IMG/VR virus record: IMGVR_UViG_3300025015_000015
Origin: a virus
Taxonomy: Duplodnaviria; Heunggongvirae; Uroviricota; Caudoviricetes
Strand: one strand, 5' to 3'
DNA: 64,000 nt
Part shown: piece by piece, positions 20,207 to 31,082 of the stretch
How positions within the stretch are numbered: position 1 is the first letter of the stretch
Layout: each line of letters opens with the position of its first letter
Made by a program: the position numbers and the translations under genes
Notes under the pieces: model-generated
Database searches by the model: none
Told to the model about the DNA's origin: nothing
What the model saw: the letters and a program-made list of their open reading frames with translations, nothing else

Positions 20207-20803
20207 ATGAATCTTGATATCATAGTTGTAGCAAATCATCATAGAAAAGCCTTAATACTAGATCATTTGAATGGTATTACACATAGGGTTAGTTATACTA
20301 ATGATTATGTGTTGCCGGAATCATTTAAACCTGAAGTTCTTGGTTTGGTTCAACCATGGTGTCATTTAGGTGTATTAAGATGTTTCAAAGGTCATCAAGA
20401 TGCAATTAGAATGTGTGATAAGGATAATGTTTTATTATTTGAAGACGATGCCGTACCAAATAATCCTGATTGGATTAATATAGTTGCTGATTCTATTAGT
20501 TTATTAAATACTTTTGAAATGGTTTCATTTCATGGTAGATGTTATGATCGTTCTTTATATAAGGAATTTAAAGAAATACGGCCAGGAAATAATTTCTTAT
20601 ATATTCCAAATAAACAAGGAAGAATATGTGTACATGGTGCTTTAGCATATATGCTAAATAGGAGAATATTTGAAAAGGTATTATCTTGGAATTATGTTGG
20701 AGACCCAATTGATACTCTATTGGTAAATGCTCTTAATTTTTGTTTGTTAGAAAAAAGTCCTTTCAATCATGATAGATCAGAGGGTTCTTTACTTGACGTC
20801 TAA
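20207..20803 (+). CDS. glycosyltransferase family 25-like (LPS-type beta-glycosyltransferase) candidate
   Basis: Roughly 200 aa with an FEDDAV motif and a GT25-like Cys/His stretch; weak. Confidence 0.3.
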   Translation: MNLDIIVVANHHRKALILDHLNGITHRVSYTNDYVLPESFKPEVLGLVQPWCHLGVLRCFKGHQDAIRMCDKDNVLLFEDDAVPNNPDWINIVADSISLLNTFEMVSFHGRCYDRSLYKEFKEIRPGNNFLYIPNKQGRICVHGALAYMLNRRIFEKVLSWNYVGDPIDTLLVNALNFCLLEKSPFNHDRSEGSLLDV

Positions 20804-21527
20804 AAGAATAATACAATTTACACAATTAGGTAAGTTCGGAAGATTTGGAAATCAGATATTCCAGTATATTTTTGCTCGTGCTTATGCTGAAAAATATAAT
20901 GCAGAACTTGAGTTACCACATTGGATTGGTGAAAAGATATTTAAAAATGTTAGTCATAAACAACCGTCAGTTAAACTTCCTACAACCCAGGTTGATGTTG
21001 TTAAATTTGGTGATGTTAATATAGATCTACTTGGTTATTTCCAGAAGAAGGAATTCATAGATATCCTCTCCAAGAAAAAGATAATGGAATGGCTTCAATT
21101 TCAAGATAGATGGATTGGTCCTGGAAATAATATTACTACTAAAATAGTAGCTCATTTACGAAGAGGGGATTATGTAACTTTATACCCAAATGTCTTTTGT
21201 ATAGTATCAAAAGATTCGTATTTTAAAGCTTGTAATAAATTTAATATTAAAAAAGAAAATATTATTTGGGTATCTGAAGAAAATCAATTGTATTATTCTT
21301 ATCTTGAATCTGATTTGCAATTTATGCCTGATTTTAATTTAATGAAAAATTCTAATATCTTATTAAGATCTAATTCAACATTCGGTTTTTGGGCTGGATT
21401 TTTTAATAAAAATAAAGTTTATAGTCCTGTTGTTGGTGGGTTAAAAGGAATGAATGACGTTGATTTTGTTGAAGGAAATTTTTCTTCAATTGTGGATGTA
21501 AATAGAGATTTTATTTTTAAGGAATAA
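20769..21527 (+). CDS. alpha-1,2-fucosyltransferase-like (GT11) protein
   Basis: N-terminal GRFGNQIFQYIFARAYA matches the GT11 signature (G-x-LGNQ-x-FQYAFA). Confidence 0.55.
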   Translation: MIDQRVLYLTSKRIIQFTQLGKFGRFGNQIFQYIFARAYAEKYNAELELPHWIGEKIFKNVSHKQPSVKLPTTQVDVVKFGDVNIDLLGYFQKKEFIDILSKKKIMEWLQFQDRWIGPGNNITTKIVAHLRRGDYVTLYPNVFCIVSKDSYFKACNKFNIKKENIIWVSEENQLYYSYLESDLQFMPDFNLMKNSNILLRSNSTFGFWAGFFNKNKVYSPVVGGLKGMNDVDFVEGNFSSIVDVNRDFIFKE

Positions 21528-21529
21528 AT

Positions 21530-22336
21530 ATGGCTAGGCATGTTGTTTTGGGTTCAAAAGGATTTATTGGAAGATATTTATCCGATTGGTTGAAGAGCCA
21601 GGGGAAGCAAGTTATTGAATATGATATTAAAAATGGTCCAAGGCAAGATTGCCGTGTTGTTGATTTGACTTTAAATAAAGATGATATAGTTTATTTTCTA
21701 GCATGGGAAGTTGGTGGAGCTAAATATTTATACAATCCTGATACACAATTAGATCAAATTCATAGAAATATTGATTTGATGAATAATGTATTTCGTCAAC
21801 TTGAAGTAAGTAAATGTAAATTTATTTTTATTTCTTCTCAATTATCTGGAACGAATTCTGCTTATGGCTCATTAAAGCATTTTGGAGAAATTTGGACTTC
21901 TCAATTACCAAATGGTAGATGTATTAGACTTTGGAATGTTTATGGAGCTTATGAGACTCTTTCAGAAAAGAGTCATGTTATTTCAGATTTTATCCATCAA
22001 GCACTTACTAATAATAAAATAGAATTATTAACAACCGGAGATGAAAAAAGACAATTTATTCACATAGATGATGTTTGTTCTGCTATTGCAGCATCCTTTT
22101 GTAATACGTATCATGAGACAATATATGATGTTACATCATTTGAATGGATTAAAATTATTGATGTTGCCAGAATAATTCAGAAATATTTAAATTGTGGTAT
22201 CTTTTATGATGATAAAATTGGTACTACTCAGAATGTTCTAATAAAGGGGAAATTACCAAATTGGTATCCGAAAGTTAAGTTGGAACGAGGTATTGGAGAT
22301 ACCATTAGACTTTATAAAGAGAAATTGGAGGTTTAA
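21530..22336 (+). CDS. NAD-dependent sugar epimerase/reductase (short SDR-type; GDP-6-deoxyhexose synthase/reductase candidate)
   Basis: N-terminal VVLGSKGFIGRYL Rossmann GxxGxxG motif. Confidence 0.5.
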   Translation: MARHVVLGSKGFIGRYLSDWLKSQGKQVIEYDIKNGPRQDCRVVDLTLNKDDIVYFLAWEVGGAKYLYNPDTQLDQIHRNIDLMNNVFRQLEVSKCKFIFISSQLSGTNSAYGSLKHFGEIWTSQLPNGRCIRLWNVYGAYETLSEKSHVISDFIHQALTNNKIELLTTGDEKRQFIHIDDVCSAIAASFCNTYHETIYDVTSFEWIKIIDVARIIQKYLNCGIFYDDKIGTTQNVLIKGKLPNWYPKVKLERGIGDTIRLYKEKLEV

Positions 22337-22337
22337 A

Positions 22338-22862
22338 ATGGACTTTAGAACTGACTTATTGAATAAATTTGGGGATGCTTCTTTACAAGTTCCAGAACTT
22401 AGCTTTGTTATATCCAATGAAGCTGAATTTTATAAGATCATGGAAAAGATAGCATATAAACCAAAGGTTGTTCTTGAAACTGGGACTGCTTCGGGGTGTT
22501 CTGCATTGTTGTTGGCACAATATGCGTATGAAATTGTAACATTTGATGTTAAAGAAGTCCAAATGAAATATGATATTTGGTTACATTACGGTGTAAAAGA
22601 TAGAATTACTGCACATGTAATTAAGGATACCTCTGAAATTCCGGCTTTGATGACAAAAGAATTTGATTTTGCATTCATTGATGGAGATCATTCCTACGAA
22701 GGATGTTCAAAAGATATAGATATAGCTGAAAAATGTGGTAGAATTTTATTCCATGATGTTTATCATGAGCCTATTCAAAAGGCATATAAGGAATTAATGG
22801 CAAGAAAGGGTGGAAATTGGATTCAAGTCGGTGGAACTTTTGGGTATTGGAGTAATAAGTAG
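22338..22862 (+). CDS. class I SAM-dependent methyltransferase (O-methyltransferase-like)
   Basis: VVLETGTASGCSALLLA SAM-binding motif and FIDGDHSYEGCSKD; start taken at 22338 after GGAGG. Confidence 0.5.
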   Translation: MDFRTDLLNKFGDASLQVPELSFVISNEAEFYKIMEKIAYKPKVVLETGTASGCSALLLAQYAYEIVTFDVKEVQMKYDIWLHYGVKDRITAHVIKDTSEIPALMTKEFDFAFIDGDHSYEGCSKDIDIAEKCGRILFHDVYHEPIQKAYKELMARKGGNWIQVGGTFGYWSNK

Positions 22863-22863
22863 T

Positions 22864-24135
22864 ATGGATAAGAAATGTATATCATGTGGATCTAAACTTG
22901 AGGATGATATCGTAACCATAGGAAATCAATACCCAAGTGCTATTTTCTCTTCTGAAAGGAATAAAGTTGAAGGTGAAATAGTACCATCAAGCCTTAATGT
23001 TACACGATGTTCAAATGAAACTTGTGGATTGGTTCAGCTTGTAAATAAGTATGATTTGCAATATGTATTTGATCATTATCCATATGAGAGTAATTCAACT
23101 GCAACAATGAAACAAATTTTACAAGATGTAGTTAATAGTACCAAATCTATCGTTTCTTTAACTGAAGAGGATGTAGTTTTGGACATAGGCGGAAATGATG
23201 GAACATTGCTTGAGTTTATAGATCAATTAGTTCGTGCTCGTGTTAACATTGATGCCGCTGCTGGCGTTAATCAGTTAATATCCTCTTCTGATTATCATTA
23301 TGTTCATTCTAAGTTTAAAGCATCGGCATATAAAGATTTAAAATTACCAAATCCAAAATTGATCTTTAGCATAGCCATGTTTTATCATCTTAATGATCCT
23401 GTTACCTTCTGTAAAGAAGTAAAGGAAATAATGTCAGATGATTCAGTTTGGGTTATTCAGCTTACCTATCTTGGAACAATGTTGCGTGATAATATTTTTG
23501 ATAATATTGTTCATGAACATGCAGCTTACTATTCATTAAAATCCTTGGAATCAATGCTATTAAATATCGGACTTTACATTGTAGATGCCAAGATAGTTAA
23601 AAGTTATGGCGGTAGTCTAAGGGTGTTTGTCGTTAAAGATCCAAGCAAATTTTCAAAGGATCAAATATACAAAAACACGGTGGATGTTGTACAATTTGAA
23701 CTTGATAATAAAACTAATACGATTGAAGAATTGAAAGCTTTTAATAGTCGTACACAATCACTTAAACACACAATTAATGATATAATTGACCATATTGTAT
23801 ACGAACATGGTCCTATGTGGGGATTTGGGGCAAGCACTAAAGGAAATATGATTTTACAATTTTTGGGAATTAAAGAAGATAAAATGTCAATCATTCTTGA
23901 TAATAATAGAAAGAAAATGGGTAAATGGACCACAGGATCATCCATTCCTATTGTAATTGAATCGGTATATCTTAGATCTATTATTGGACATAAGTATTTA
24001 TTTGTTTTACCGTATTACTATACGGATGCTTTTGTTAAAATTATTGAGAAATATCTTCATGTTGGAAATAAAGTAAGTCTATTAATTCCATTACCATATC
24101 CGTATTTTATAGAGGTAAAAGGACTTAATGAATAA
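22864..24135 (+). CDS. NDP-sugar C-methyltransferase-like protein with an N-terminal zinc ribbon
   Basis: MDKKCISCGSKL...VTIGNQYPSA resembles the zinc-binding N-terminus of sugar C3-methyltransferases, followed by a class I methyltransferase core (DIGGNDGTLL). Confidence 0.45.
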   Translation: MDKKCISCGSKLEDDIVTIGNQYPSAIFSSERNKVEGEIVPSSLNVTRCSNETCGLVQLVNKYDLQYVFDHYPYESNSTATMKQILQDVVNSTKSIVSLTEEDVVLDIGGNDGTLLEFIDQLVRARVNIDAAAGVNQLISSSDYHYVHSKFKASAYKDLKLPNPKLIFSIAMFYHLNDPVTFCKEVKEIMSDDSVWVIQLTYLGTMLRDNIFDNIVHEHAAYYSLKSLESMLLNIGLYIVDAKIVKSYGGSLRVFVVKDPSKFSKDQIYKNTVDVVQFELDNKTNTIEELKAFNSRTQSLKHTINDIIDHIVYEHGPMWGFGASTKGNMILQFLGIKEDKMSIILDNNRKKMGKWTTGSSIPIVIESVYLRSIIGHKYLFVLPYYYTDAFVKIIEKYLHVGNKVSLLIPLPYPYFIEVKGLNE

Positions 24136-24592
24136 ATTAGGAAATATTGATATTTTAGATGCATCATGTAATATAAGTACAGTTCAAGATGGACGTGGTG
24201 CTATATTTACCTGGTTACCAAGTGAACCAATTGTTGAATTTAATATGCTTTATTTTCATCCTAATAAAATTCGTGGAAATCATTATCATCCGGAATTCAC
24301 TGAATATTTCCTAATAGTGGAAGGATCAGTAGTTATGGTTACTAAAGATCCGGTTACTAAAAAGGAAATTAATATGCATGCAAGTCGTGGAACATGTTTT
24401 AGAACTCCACCGAATACTCCACATGCTATACATGCAATTACTCCATCAATTTGTGTTGCCTGTCTTACTAAACAATGGGATAGATGTAAAAATCCAATTA
24501 TACGTGAAGACTTAATTCCATTTGATAAAGAATATAATGAAAATAAGTTGAAATGTGGTCCTTCAATAACCAGTGGTAAAATAAATGAATAA
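24128..24592 (+). CDS. cupin-fold sugar 3,4-ketoisomerase (FdtA/WxcM-like)
   Basis: RGNHYHPEFTEYFLIVEGS cupin motif typical of the WxcM/FdtA family. Confidence 0.45.
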   Translation: MNKLGNIDILDASCNISTVQDGRGAIFTWLPSEPIVEFNMLYFHPNKIRGNHYHPEFTEYFLIVEGSVVMVTKDPVTKKEINMHASRGTCFRTPPNTPHAIHAITPSICVACLTKQWDRCKNPIIREDLIPFDKEYNENKLKCGPSITSGKINE

Positions 24593-25301
24593 AAAGAATG
24601 TAGCCGTAATCGGTGCTAAAGGGTTTGTTGGTTCAAATATTGCCAATGCAGTAATTAAAAATCCTGAATATAACTTAATTCCAATAACAAGAGATGATCC
24701 TGTAGAAGAAATGATTTCACGTGCAGACATAATTATTCATTCAGCTAATCCTGCCAAACGATGGAAAGCTGAAAGGAATACGATGAATGACTTTCTTGAA
24801 ACTGTAGAAAAGACCGATAGACTGTTTTTGTTGGCTAGGGGAAAACCTTTTGTATTAATTTCAAGCTTATCCTGTCGTACCCAACTTGATACTAATTATG
24901 GTCGTAATCGTAGGGCTTGTGAATCAATAGTTTTGGCAGGCAGAAATTCCCTTGTTGTTAGATTGGGACCTATGTTTGGTGGAAATCGTAAAGAAGATAT
25001 GCTCCATGATATTTTATCCGGTAAAATAGTGCATATTTCAGAAGAAACCAAATATGCATATGCTGATGTTTCCTGGATTGGTTGGAAAATAGTAAGTTTG
25101 TTGAAAACATATTATTTTCCAAGTTCAATAATTGAATTAGGAGCACATAATTATGTTCGTTTAGGTAATATTCGCGATATATTCAAAACTTCAGCAATAT
25201 TTGATGGAAAAGATGAAACGCAAATTCCCGAATGTTGTACTGATGGTCCTGATGCCAACGATGTGTTTGAATATGCTGAAAAGGAGATGGAAAGCTTATG
25301 A
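24585..25301 (+). CDS. NAD(P)-binding 4-keto-sugar reductase/epimerase (RmlD-like)
   Basis: VAVIGAKGFVGSNI Rossmann motif. Confidence 0.45.
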   Translation: MNKKNVAVIGAKGFVGSNIANAVIKNPEYNLIPITRDDPVEEMISRADIIIHSANPAKRWKAERNTMNDFLETVEKTDRLFLLARGKPFVLISSLSCRTQLDTNYGRNRRACESIVLAGRNSLVVRLGPMFGGNRKEDMLHDILSGKIVHISEETKYAYADVSWIGWKIVSLLKTYYFPSSIIELGAHNYVRLGNIRDIFKTSAIFDGKDETQIPECCTDGPDANDVFEYAEKEMESL

Positions 25302-25870
25302 TGAACATGACATTTAATCCTGAATATTGGGATGGTTTAGCTAAAATAAAAAATTGGAATGGTGTGTGTTATGGTTTTCATACTGAAGAAGAGTTTTACG
25401 GTTTTACTGAACCAATCGAAGATTTGAAAGACAATATGGTATTTTTGGATTTTGGTTGTGGTCCAGGTAGGATTGTAAAGACAGTTGCTCCACATGTTAA
25501 AGAATATATTGGTGTTGATGTTTCAGAAGGTCTTATTGAATTAGCAAGAGAACACCATAAGCAATATAAGAATGTTAGATTTGTTAAATGTAGTGGTACT
25601 GATTTATCAGTCGTAGAGGATAATTCGGTTGATTATTTATACGAACGTCTTGTTTTGATTCATGTTTTTAAGGAATGGATTATTAAATATGTAGCTGAAT
25701 TCTTAAGAGTTCTTAAGTCGGATGGAATACTTTGCATTCCGGATTTCCCAAGAGCAGACGTTAGTACAAATGGATTTACACTTGAAGAAATGAATGAAAT
25801 GCTAAAGGATTTTAGAGTTGTTGAAATTGATACCAGCGGAACTACATATAACGTTAAATGTGTAAAATGA
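25298..25870 (+). CDS. class I SAM-dependent methyltransferase
   Basis: VFLDFGCGPGRIV motif I. Confidence 0.55.
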   Translation: MMNMTFNPEYWDGLAKIKNWNGVCYGFHTEEEFYGFTEPIEDLKDNMVFLDFGCGPGRIVKTVAPHVKEYIGVDVSEGLIELAREHHKQYKNVRFVKCSGTDLSVVEDNSVDYLYERLVLIHVFKEWIIKYVAEFLRVLKSDGILCIPDFPRADVSTNGFTLEEMNEMLKDFRVVEIDTSGTTYNVKCVK

Positions 25871-26538
25871 AAACATTAACAATTAAAATTTATTATGGTG
25901 GTCTTGGAGATCATTTGCTACATTCTCATCTACCTAAATTAGCTAAACAGAAATTTGAATATGACAAAGTATTTATATCAAATTATTCCAATTACAACAA
26001 TCCTAATACAAAAAGGTTGGTGTGGGAGTATAATCCATTTATTGACGGATTCAATAATGAAGATCATGATTATCCAAAATTTGGTTCCGTTCCTCCTGGA
26101 GCAAACATTCTTGATGGAGTTTCAATGTTTTATGGACTAGATGATGGAGAACGATATCGTGAACCTGAGATTTATTATAGACCTAGAATAATTCCTGAAA
26201 TGCTTAATGCTGTAGTTTTTGAACCTAATCATTCAAATGCTTATGGTATTCCAACGATAGAACAATATGAAGAATACTTTAAGATGAATAATATTAATAT
26301 AACTCACCAAATGAAGTTATTACATGGATCTACTAAATCAATCAGGACGGAAATAACTCCAAGCGGTTTGGAAGAGCTTTGTGACGTTATTTATTCATGT
26401 AAATTACTATATTGTTTTACGTCTGGTATAGCAACTCTTTCTGCTGCACTTTGTAAACCAACAACTGTGTTATTTGTCGATGGAATAAATCTAATGTTTC
26501 ATCATTCTAAATTGCATACATATATTAAGGTTATTTAA
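25867..26538 (+). CDS. hypothetical protein, GT9 (heptosyltransferase)-like GGLGD motif
   Basis: IYYGGLGDHLL at the N-terminus; weak. Confidence 0.25.
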   Translation: MKTLTIKIYYGGLGDHLLHSHLPKLAKQKFEYDKVFISNYSNYNNPNTKRLVWEYNPFIDGFNNEDHDYPKFGSVPPGANILDGVSMFYGLDDGERYREPEIYYRPRIIPEMLNAVVFEPNHSNAYGIPTIEQYEEYFKMNNINITHQMKLLHGSTKSIRTEITPSGLEELCDVIYSCKLLYCFTSGIATLSAALCKPTTVLFVDGINLMFHHSKLHTYIKVI

Positions 26539-26790
26539 ATGTCCGAAACTATTGGAAATTTATTTGATAAATTAACTATTGTTAATCTTAAAATTTGGAG
26601 ACAAGAAGATATAAAACGATCTTCAAATGATGATCATGAAATTGCCGAAGCTACTAGAAAAACTAATGTATTAAATCAACAAAGAAATGATTTAGTACAG
26701 GAAATCGATGAGCTTATAAATGGATTAATAAATGGAACAAAGAAAATGAAAACTTATAACCAAGGTGGTACTAAGAGTTATGGAAATTAA
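26539..26790 (+). CDS. small coiled-coil protein
   Basis: ORF only. Confidence 0.2.
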   Translation: MSETIGNLFDKLTIVNLKIWRQEDIKRSSNDDHEIAEATRKTNVLNQQRNDLVQEIDELINGLINGTKKMKTYNQGGTKSYGN

Positions 26791-27646
26791 TATGAACGTA
26801 CCAACAATAGGTTGTATGATTTGGGATGGTAATTATTCTGTAATGAATGATACAGATTTTAGGTATGGAAAAAGATTAAAGTATTTTGAATATAATTGGA
26901 TTAAACCGGAACAGGAAAAGATTGTAGTATTTAGTGATTATACTATACCACAAGGAGCAGAACCAAGATTTAAACATATTCCACATAAAGTAGCATGGTT
27001 AATTGAAAGTCCAGCGGTTTTTGCTCGTTTTGGTGGTCATGCTGCTGCTTTAAAATGGCTTCTTGAACATTTGGATACGTTTTCAGTTATTGCTACTTGT
27101 GATGATTCTCTAATTGAAAAATATCCAAATAAAATGGCATTTGTTCCATTTGGTGGTGTAATAGTTCTTCCACATGAAACTCGAATATACCATAAAACAA
27201 AATTATGTTCATTAACGGCTGGTCAACTCTATTCTCCAAGAGATTTAATTTATAACACATATAAAGACAAAGGAATAATTGATTTTCTGGGTAAAATAGT
27301 AAATAGACCATATAACTCTGTTGTTGATGGATTTAAAGATTATATGTACCACATATCAGTTTCAAGTTGTAAGGAAAATAGATATTTTTCATCAAATATA
27401 ACTGATGCTTTTGCCTGTGGTACAGTACCAATTTGGTGGGGATGTTCAAAAATAGGTGAATTTTTTGATATGGATGGAATAATAACATTTAATAATCTTG
27501 ATGAATTAGATTCAATATTAAAGAAAATTGGACCTGAAGATTATAATAGAAGACTTGGTGCAATACAAAACAACACAAAACTTGTTGAAAAATATAGAAC
27601 TCCTGATAATACTTTGTGGGAAAATGTTTTATCAAAATTATATTAA
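26780..27646 (+). CDS. hypothetical protein in the glycan island (start uncertain, 26765/26780/26792)
   Basis: ORF only. Confidence 0.25.
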   Translation: MEINMNVPTIGCMIWDGNYSVMNDTDFRYGKRLKYFEYNWIKPEQEKIVVFSDYTIPQGAEPRFKHIPHKVAWLIESPAVFARFGGHAAALKWLLEHLDTFSVIATCDDSLIEKYPNKMAFVPFGGVIVLPHETRIYHKTKLCSLTAGQLYSPRDLIYNTYKDKGIIDFLGKIVNRPYNSVVDGFKDYMYHISVSSCKENRYFSSNITDAFACGTVPIWWGCSKIGEFFDMDGIITFNNLDELDSILKKIGPEDYNRRLGAIQNNTKLVEKYRTPDNTLWENVLSKLY

Positions 27647-27656
27647 GGATGTAATA

Positions 27657-28337
27657 ATGGGAAAATCGGATTTACTAGATGGTGAAATTAAAGTAATACA
27701 GGAACATATTTATTCTGGAAATATTGTGTTTGATGTTGGGGCTTATGTTGGAGAATGGTCAAATGAAGTATTGAAAAGATTTCCTAATGTTATTATTCAT
27801 CAATTTGAACCATCACCAGAATCATTTAAAAATTTACTTAAAAATTCTCAAAATAATATAAATCCAAAACAAATAATAAGAAATAATATAGTAATTTCTA
27901 ATAAGAATCATCCGGTAACTTTTTATTATTATCAGAATTGTCCGGTTTTATCAACTACTTATAGAAGAAATGAAAAGGTGGAAAAAGAGTTTAATTTGGA
28001 AGTTAGAAATAAAGAAGTAAATTCAACTACCATTGATATATATTGTGGTTATAAAGGGATACAACATATAAATTTTCTTAAAATAGATACTGAAGGATGT
28101 GAATTTGATGTTATTAGAGGTTCAGAAGGATTACTTAGAAATAAATCAATAAATTATATACAATTTGAATACGGTGGATGTTTTATTGATTCCAAAACAA
28201 CACTAAAAGAAGTTTTTGATTACTTAAAATCTTTTGAATATGGTGTATTCAAAATTCTACCGGAAGGATTAACCGAAATAACTAATTTTACTCCTGATTT
28301 GGAAAATTATGAATATAGTAATTTCTTAGCCTATTAA
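27657..28337 (+). CDS. FkbM-family SAM methyltransferase
   Basis: [11 protein letters not shown] motif; start taken at 27657 after AAGGA rather than the overlapping 27528 start. Confidence 0.5.
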   Translation: MGKSDLLDGEIKVIQEHIYSGNIVFDVGAYVGEWSNEVLKRFPNVIIHQFEPSPESFKNLLKNSQNNINPKQIIRNNIVISNKNHPVTFYYYQNCPVLSTTYRRNEKVEKEFNLEVRNKEVNSTTIDIYCGYKGIQHINFLKIDTEGCEFDVIRGSEGLLRNKSINYIQFEYGGCFIDSKTTLKEVFDYLKSFEYGVFKILPEGLTEITNFTPDLENYEYSNFLAY

Positions 28338-28348
28338 AAGGATATATT

Positions 28349-29350
28349 ATGAAAACAGCTTTTATTACTGGTGTAACCGGCCAAGACGGATCGTATCTTG
28401 CTGAATTTCTTCTTAAGAAAGGATATATAGTTTACGGCTTAATGCGAAGAAGTTCTTCTTTTAATACAGGAAGGTTAGATAAAATTTACGAGGATCCACA
28501 TAATTCAAGTGATTTTCATCTTGTTTATGGAGATTTGACTGATGGTGGTTGTCTGCATAATATATTGAATGAAATAAAACCTGATGAAGTTTATAATCTT
28601 GCAGCTATGAGCCATGTTAAAGTAAGTTTTGATATTCCTGTTTATACTGTAGATGTTGGCGGTTTGGGAACTTTGAAATTGCTTGAAGCAATAAGAATTC
28701 TTGGAATTCCAGTTAAGTTTTATCAGGCATCCAGTAGCGAAATGTTTGGAAAAGTGGCAGAAATTCCACAAAGCGAAAAAACACCATTTCATCCTAGAAG
28801 TCCTTATGCATGTGCAAAGGTATATAGTTATTGGCAAACAATAAACTATAGAGAAGCATATGATATGTTTGCTTGTAATGGAATACTTTTTAATCATACT
28901 GGACCACGTCGCGGAGAAACATTTGTTTCTAGAAAGATAACCCGTGCCGCCACAAGAATCAAGGAAGGATTACAAAATAAATTATTCCTTGGAAATCTTG
29001 ATGCTAAACGGGATTGGGGTTTTGCGGGTGATTATGTAGAAGCCATGTGGTTAATGCTTCAGCAGAACAAGCCTGATGATTATGTAATTGCAACCGGTGA
29101 AACACATTCAATAAAAGAATTTCTTGACAGAGTTTTTGAATTGTTGGATATGAACTGGCATAAATATGTTGAAATTGATCCAGTTTATTTTAGACCAACA
29201 GAGGTTGATTTATTGCTTGGGGATCCAACTAAAGCTAACACTATTCTTAATTGGAAACCAAAGGTTAATTTCAAAGAATTAGTAAAATTAATGGTGGAAT
29301 CAGATTGGATTTTAGCAAAACGGGAAAAATTAATAAAAGGGATTAAATAA
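28349..29350 (+). CDS. gmd: GDP-mannose 4,6-dehydratase
   Basis: [26 protein letters not shown]...[11 protein letters not shown]... ASSSE...YACAK; canonical GMD N-terminus and SDR catalytic motifs. Confidence 0.85.
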   Translation: MKTAFITGVTGQDGSYLAEFLLKKGYIVYGLMRRSSSFNTGRLDKIYEDPHNSSDFHLVYGDLTDGGCLHNILNEIKPDEVYNLAAMSHVKVSFDIPVYTVDVGGLGTLKLLEAIRILGIPVKFYQASSSEMFGKVAEIPQSEKTPFHPRSPYACAKVYSYWQTINYREAYDMFACNGILFNHTGPRRGETFVSRKITRAATRIKEGLQNKLFLGNLDAKRDWGFAGDYVEAMWLMLQQNKPDDYVIATGETHSIKEFLDRVFELLDMNWHKYVEIDPVYFRPTEVDLLLGDPTKANTILNWKPKVNFKELVKLMVESDWILAKREKLIKGIK

Positions 29351-29988
29351 TGGATTGGTTGGTAATAGCATATTATACTATAGGAACAATTTACGAAAAT
29401 ATAGTTGATAATCTTTGTAGAACATTAAATCAATTTAATGTTCCAAATAAAATTGTTGCGGTTAATGATTTAGGATCCTGGCAGAAGAATACACAATATA
29501 AACCAAAATTTATAAAACAGATGCTTGAAGAAAATAAAAATTTTAATTTAATTTATGTTGACGCTGATGCAGAATTTTTAGAATATCCTCATTATTTTAA
29601 TAATTTATCACAAGATTCAAGCATTAATATATCAGTTTTAGAATTAGATCATAATAAATTTGGAAGAAAAGCAAGAGGGTTGGAAATTCTTAGTGGAACA
29701 ATTTTTTTAAAAAATAACGAAACAACAATGTCAATTGTTAATGAATGGATAAAAGGTTGTGAATTAAATCCAGACAAATGGGACCAAGTTATATTATCAA
29801 TCGTTCTTAAGAAATACGGATTTCATAATCTTCCGGAAAAATACTGTGTAATATTTGATTATATGGTTTCAGTTCCAAATCCAGTAATAAAACATTTTCA
29901 AGCTTCAAGACAAGTTCGTTTCACAGAAAGACAGAAGAATAAAGTTGTTAACGTTCCGGCTGGTCATATAAGAATCAAACATGTGTAA
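29350..29988 (+). CDS. hypothetical protein (possible nucleotide-diphospho-sugar transferase, DADAEF motif)
   Basis: ORF with a DxD-like motif YVDADAEF. Confidence 0.25.
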   Translation: MDWLVIAYYTIGTIYENIVDNLCRTLNQFNVPNKIVAVNDLGSWQKNTQYKPKFIKQMLEENKNFNLIYVDADAEFLEYPHYFNNLSQDSSINISVLELDHNKFGRKARGLEILSGTIFLKNNETTMSIVNEWIKGCELNPDKWDQVILSIVLKKYGFHNLPEKYCVIFDYMVSVPNPVIKHFQASRQVRFTERQKNKVVNVPAGHIRIKHV

Positions 29989-30002
29989 TTAAGGAAACTT
30001 CC

Positions 30003-31082
30003 ATGAGAAAACGATCAATTGATGATGAAACAAAAGAAGCAATAATGGATGATATTATTGAAGACGAGCTTAGTGTATCCGAAATAGCAGTAAAAAATAA
30101 AGTATCATCAAGAACAATTGAAAGAATAAAGAAAGACGGAGTAAAAGGAAAATGTGAATTACCAATAAATCATCCAATTCCTAATTTTGATGAACGTCCA
30201 TCAAATAAAGTAGATGTTATTAAAACACTTCAAAGTTTAAGTGAAAGAGTAAATCAACACAAAGACGTAGATAAAGATTATGCTAAGATAGTAATTAAGT
30301 CAGATAAGCCAATAGCAGTAATGAAAGCTGCTGATCTTCATCTTGGTGGTCTGGATATTTCATATGATTCTCTTTTAAACCATTATAAATTTTTATTAGA
30401 GGAAGAAAGATTTTACCTACAGTTATTTGGTGATGACATTAACATGATGATTGTTCATAAAACAGTTGGGGCACGTCATGATATCCTTTCTCCGAATGAG
30501 CAATGCAATCTGATCCAATCAATGGTAGATGATTTAATTAGTAAGGGAAAGCTTCTTAGTCTCTGTTGGGGAAATCACAGTGATGAGTTTTCTGAAAGAA
30601 ATATAGGACTTAGTCTAACTAAACTATTATTTAATCATAAAATTCCATACTTCAGAGGAATGGGATATATTGATTTGTTAGTTGGTAAAGAAATATACCC
30701 AATGGCCTTTACCCACAAAACACGATTTCATAGCTTTATGAATGCCGTTCATGGAAACAAGCGAATGGAACAAATGCATAGCGAATTTTTTGGTGTAAAT
30801 AGACCAATTGCTCGTGAATATATTACTGCTCATACTCATTATCCGGCAATAGCAATGGAAGGATGTCTCCCTGAGGATAGAATTTATTATATCAAGACCG
30901 GAACTTTTAAAAATGATTGTTTGTATAGCCAGAGATACTTTGGACAGGGTAGAATTGGCATTCCTTGTGTTGTTTACCACCCAGATCGTTTTGAACATGT
31001 AGCATTTGCAACACCTTTTGAAGCTTATCGTTACATGACAGGAAAAGATGCTCCAGGACTTAAAAACAGTGAGAAAAAATAA
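30003..31082 (+). CDS. HTH (resolvase-like) domain fused to a calcineurin-like metallophosphoesterase
   Basis: N-terminal ELSVSEIAVKNKVSSRTIERI helix-turn-helix; phosphoesterase motifs LFGDDIN and CWGNHSDEF. Confidence 0.45.
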   Translation: MRKRSIDDETKEAIMDDIIEDELSVSEIAVKNKVSSRTIERIKKDGVKGKCELPINHPIPNFDERPSNKVDVIKTLQSLSERVNQHKDVDKDYAKIVIKSDKPIAVMKAADLHLGGLDISYDSLLNHYKFLLEEERFYLQLFGDDINMMIVHKTVGARHDILSPNEQCNLIQSMVDDLISKGKLLSLCWGNHSDEFSERNIGLSLTKLLFNHKIPYFRGMGYIDLLVGKEIYPMAFTHKTRFHSFMNAVHGNKRMEQMHSEFFGVNRPIAREYITAHTHYPAIAMEGCLPEDRIYYIKTGTFKNDCLYSQRYFGQGRIGIPCVVYHPDRFEHVAFATPFEAYRYMTGKDAPGLKNSEKK

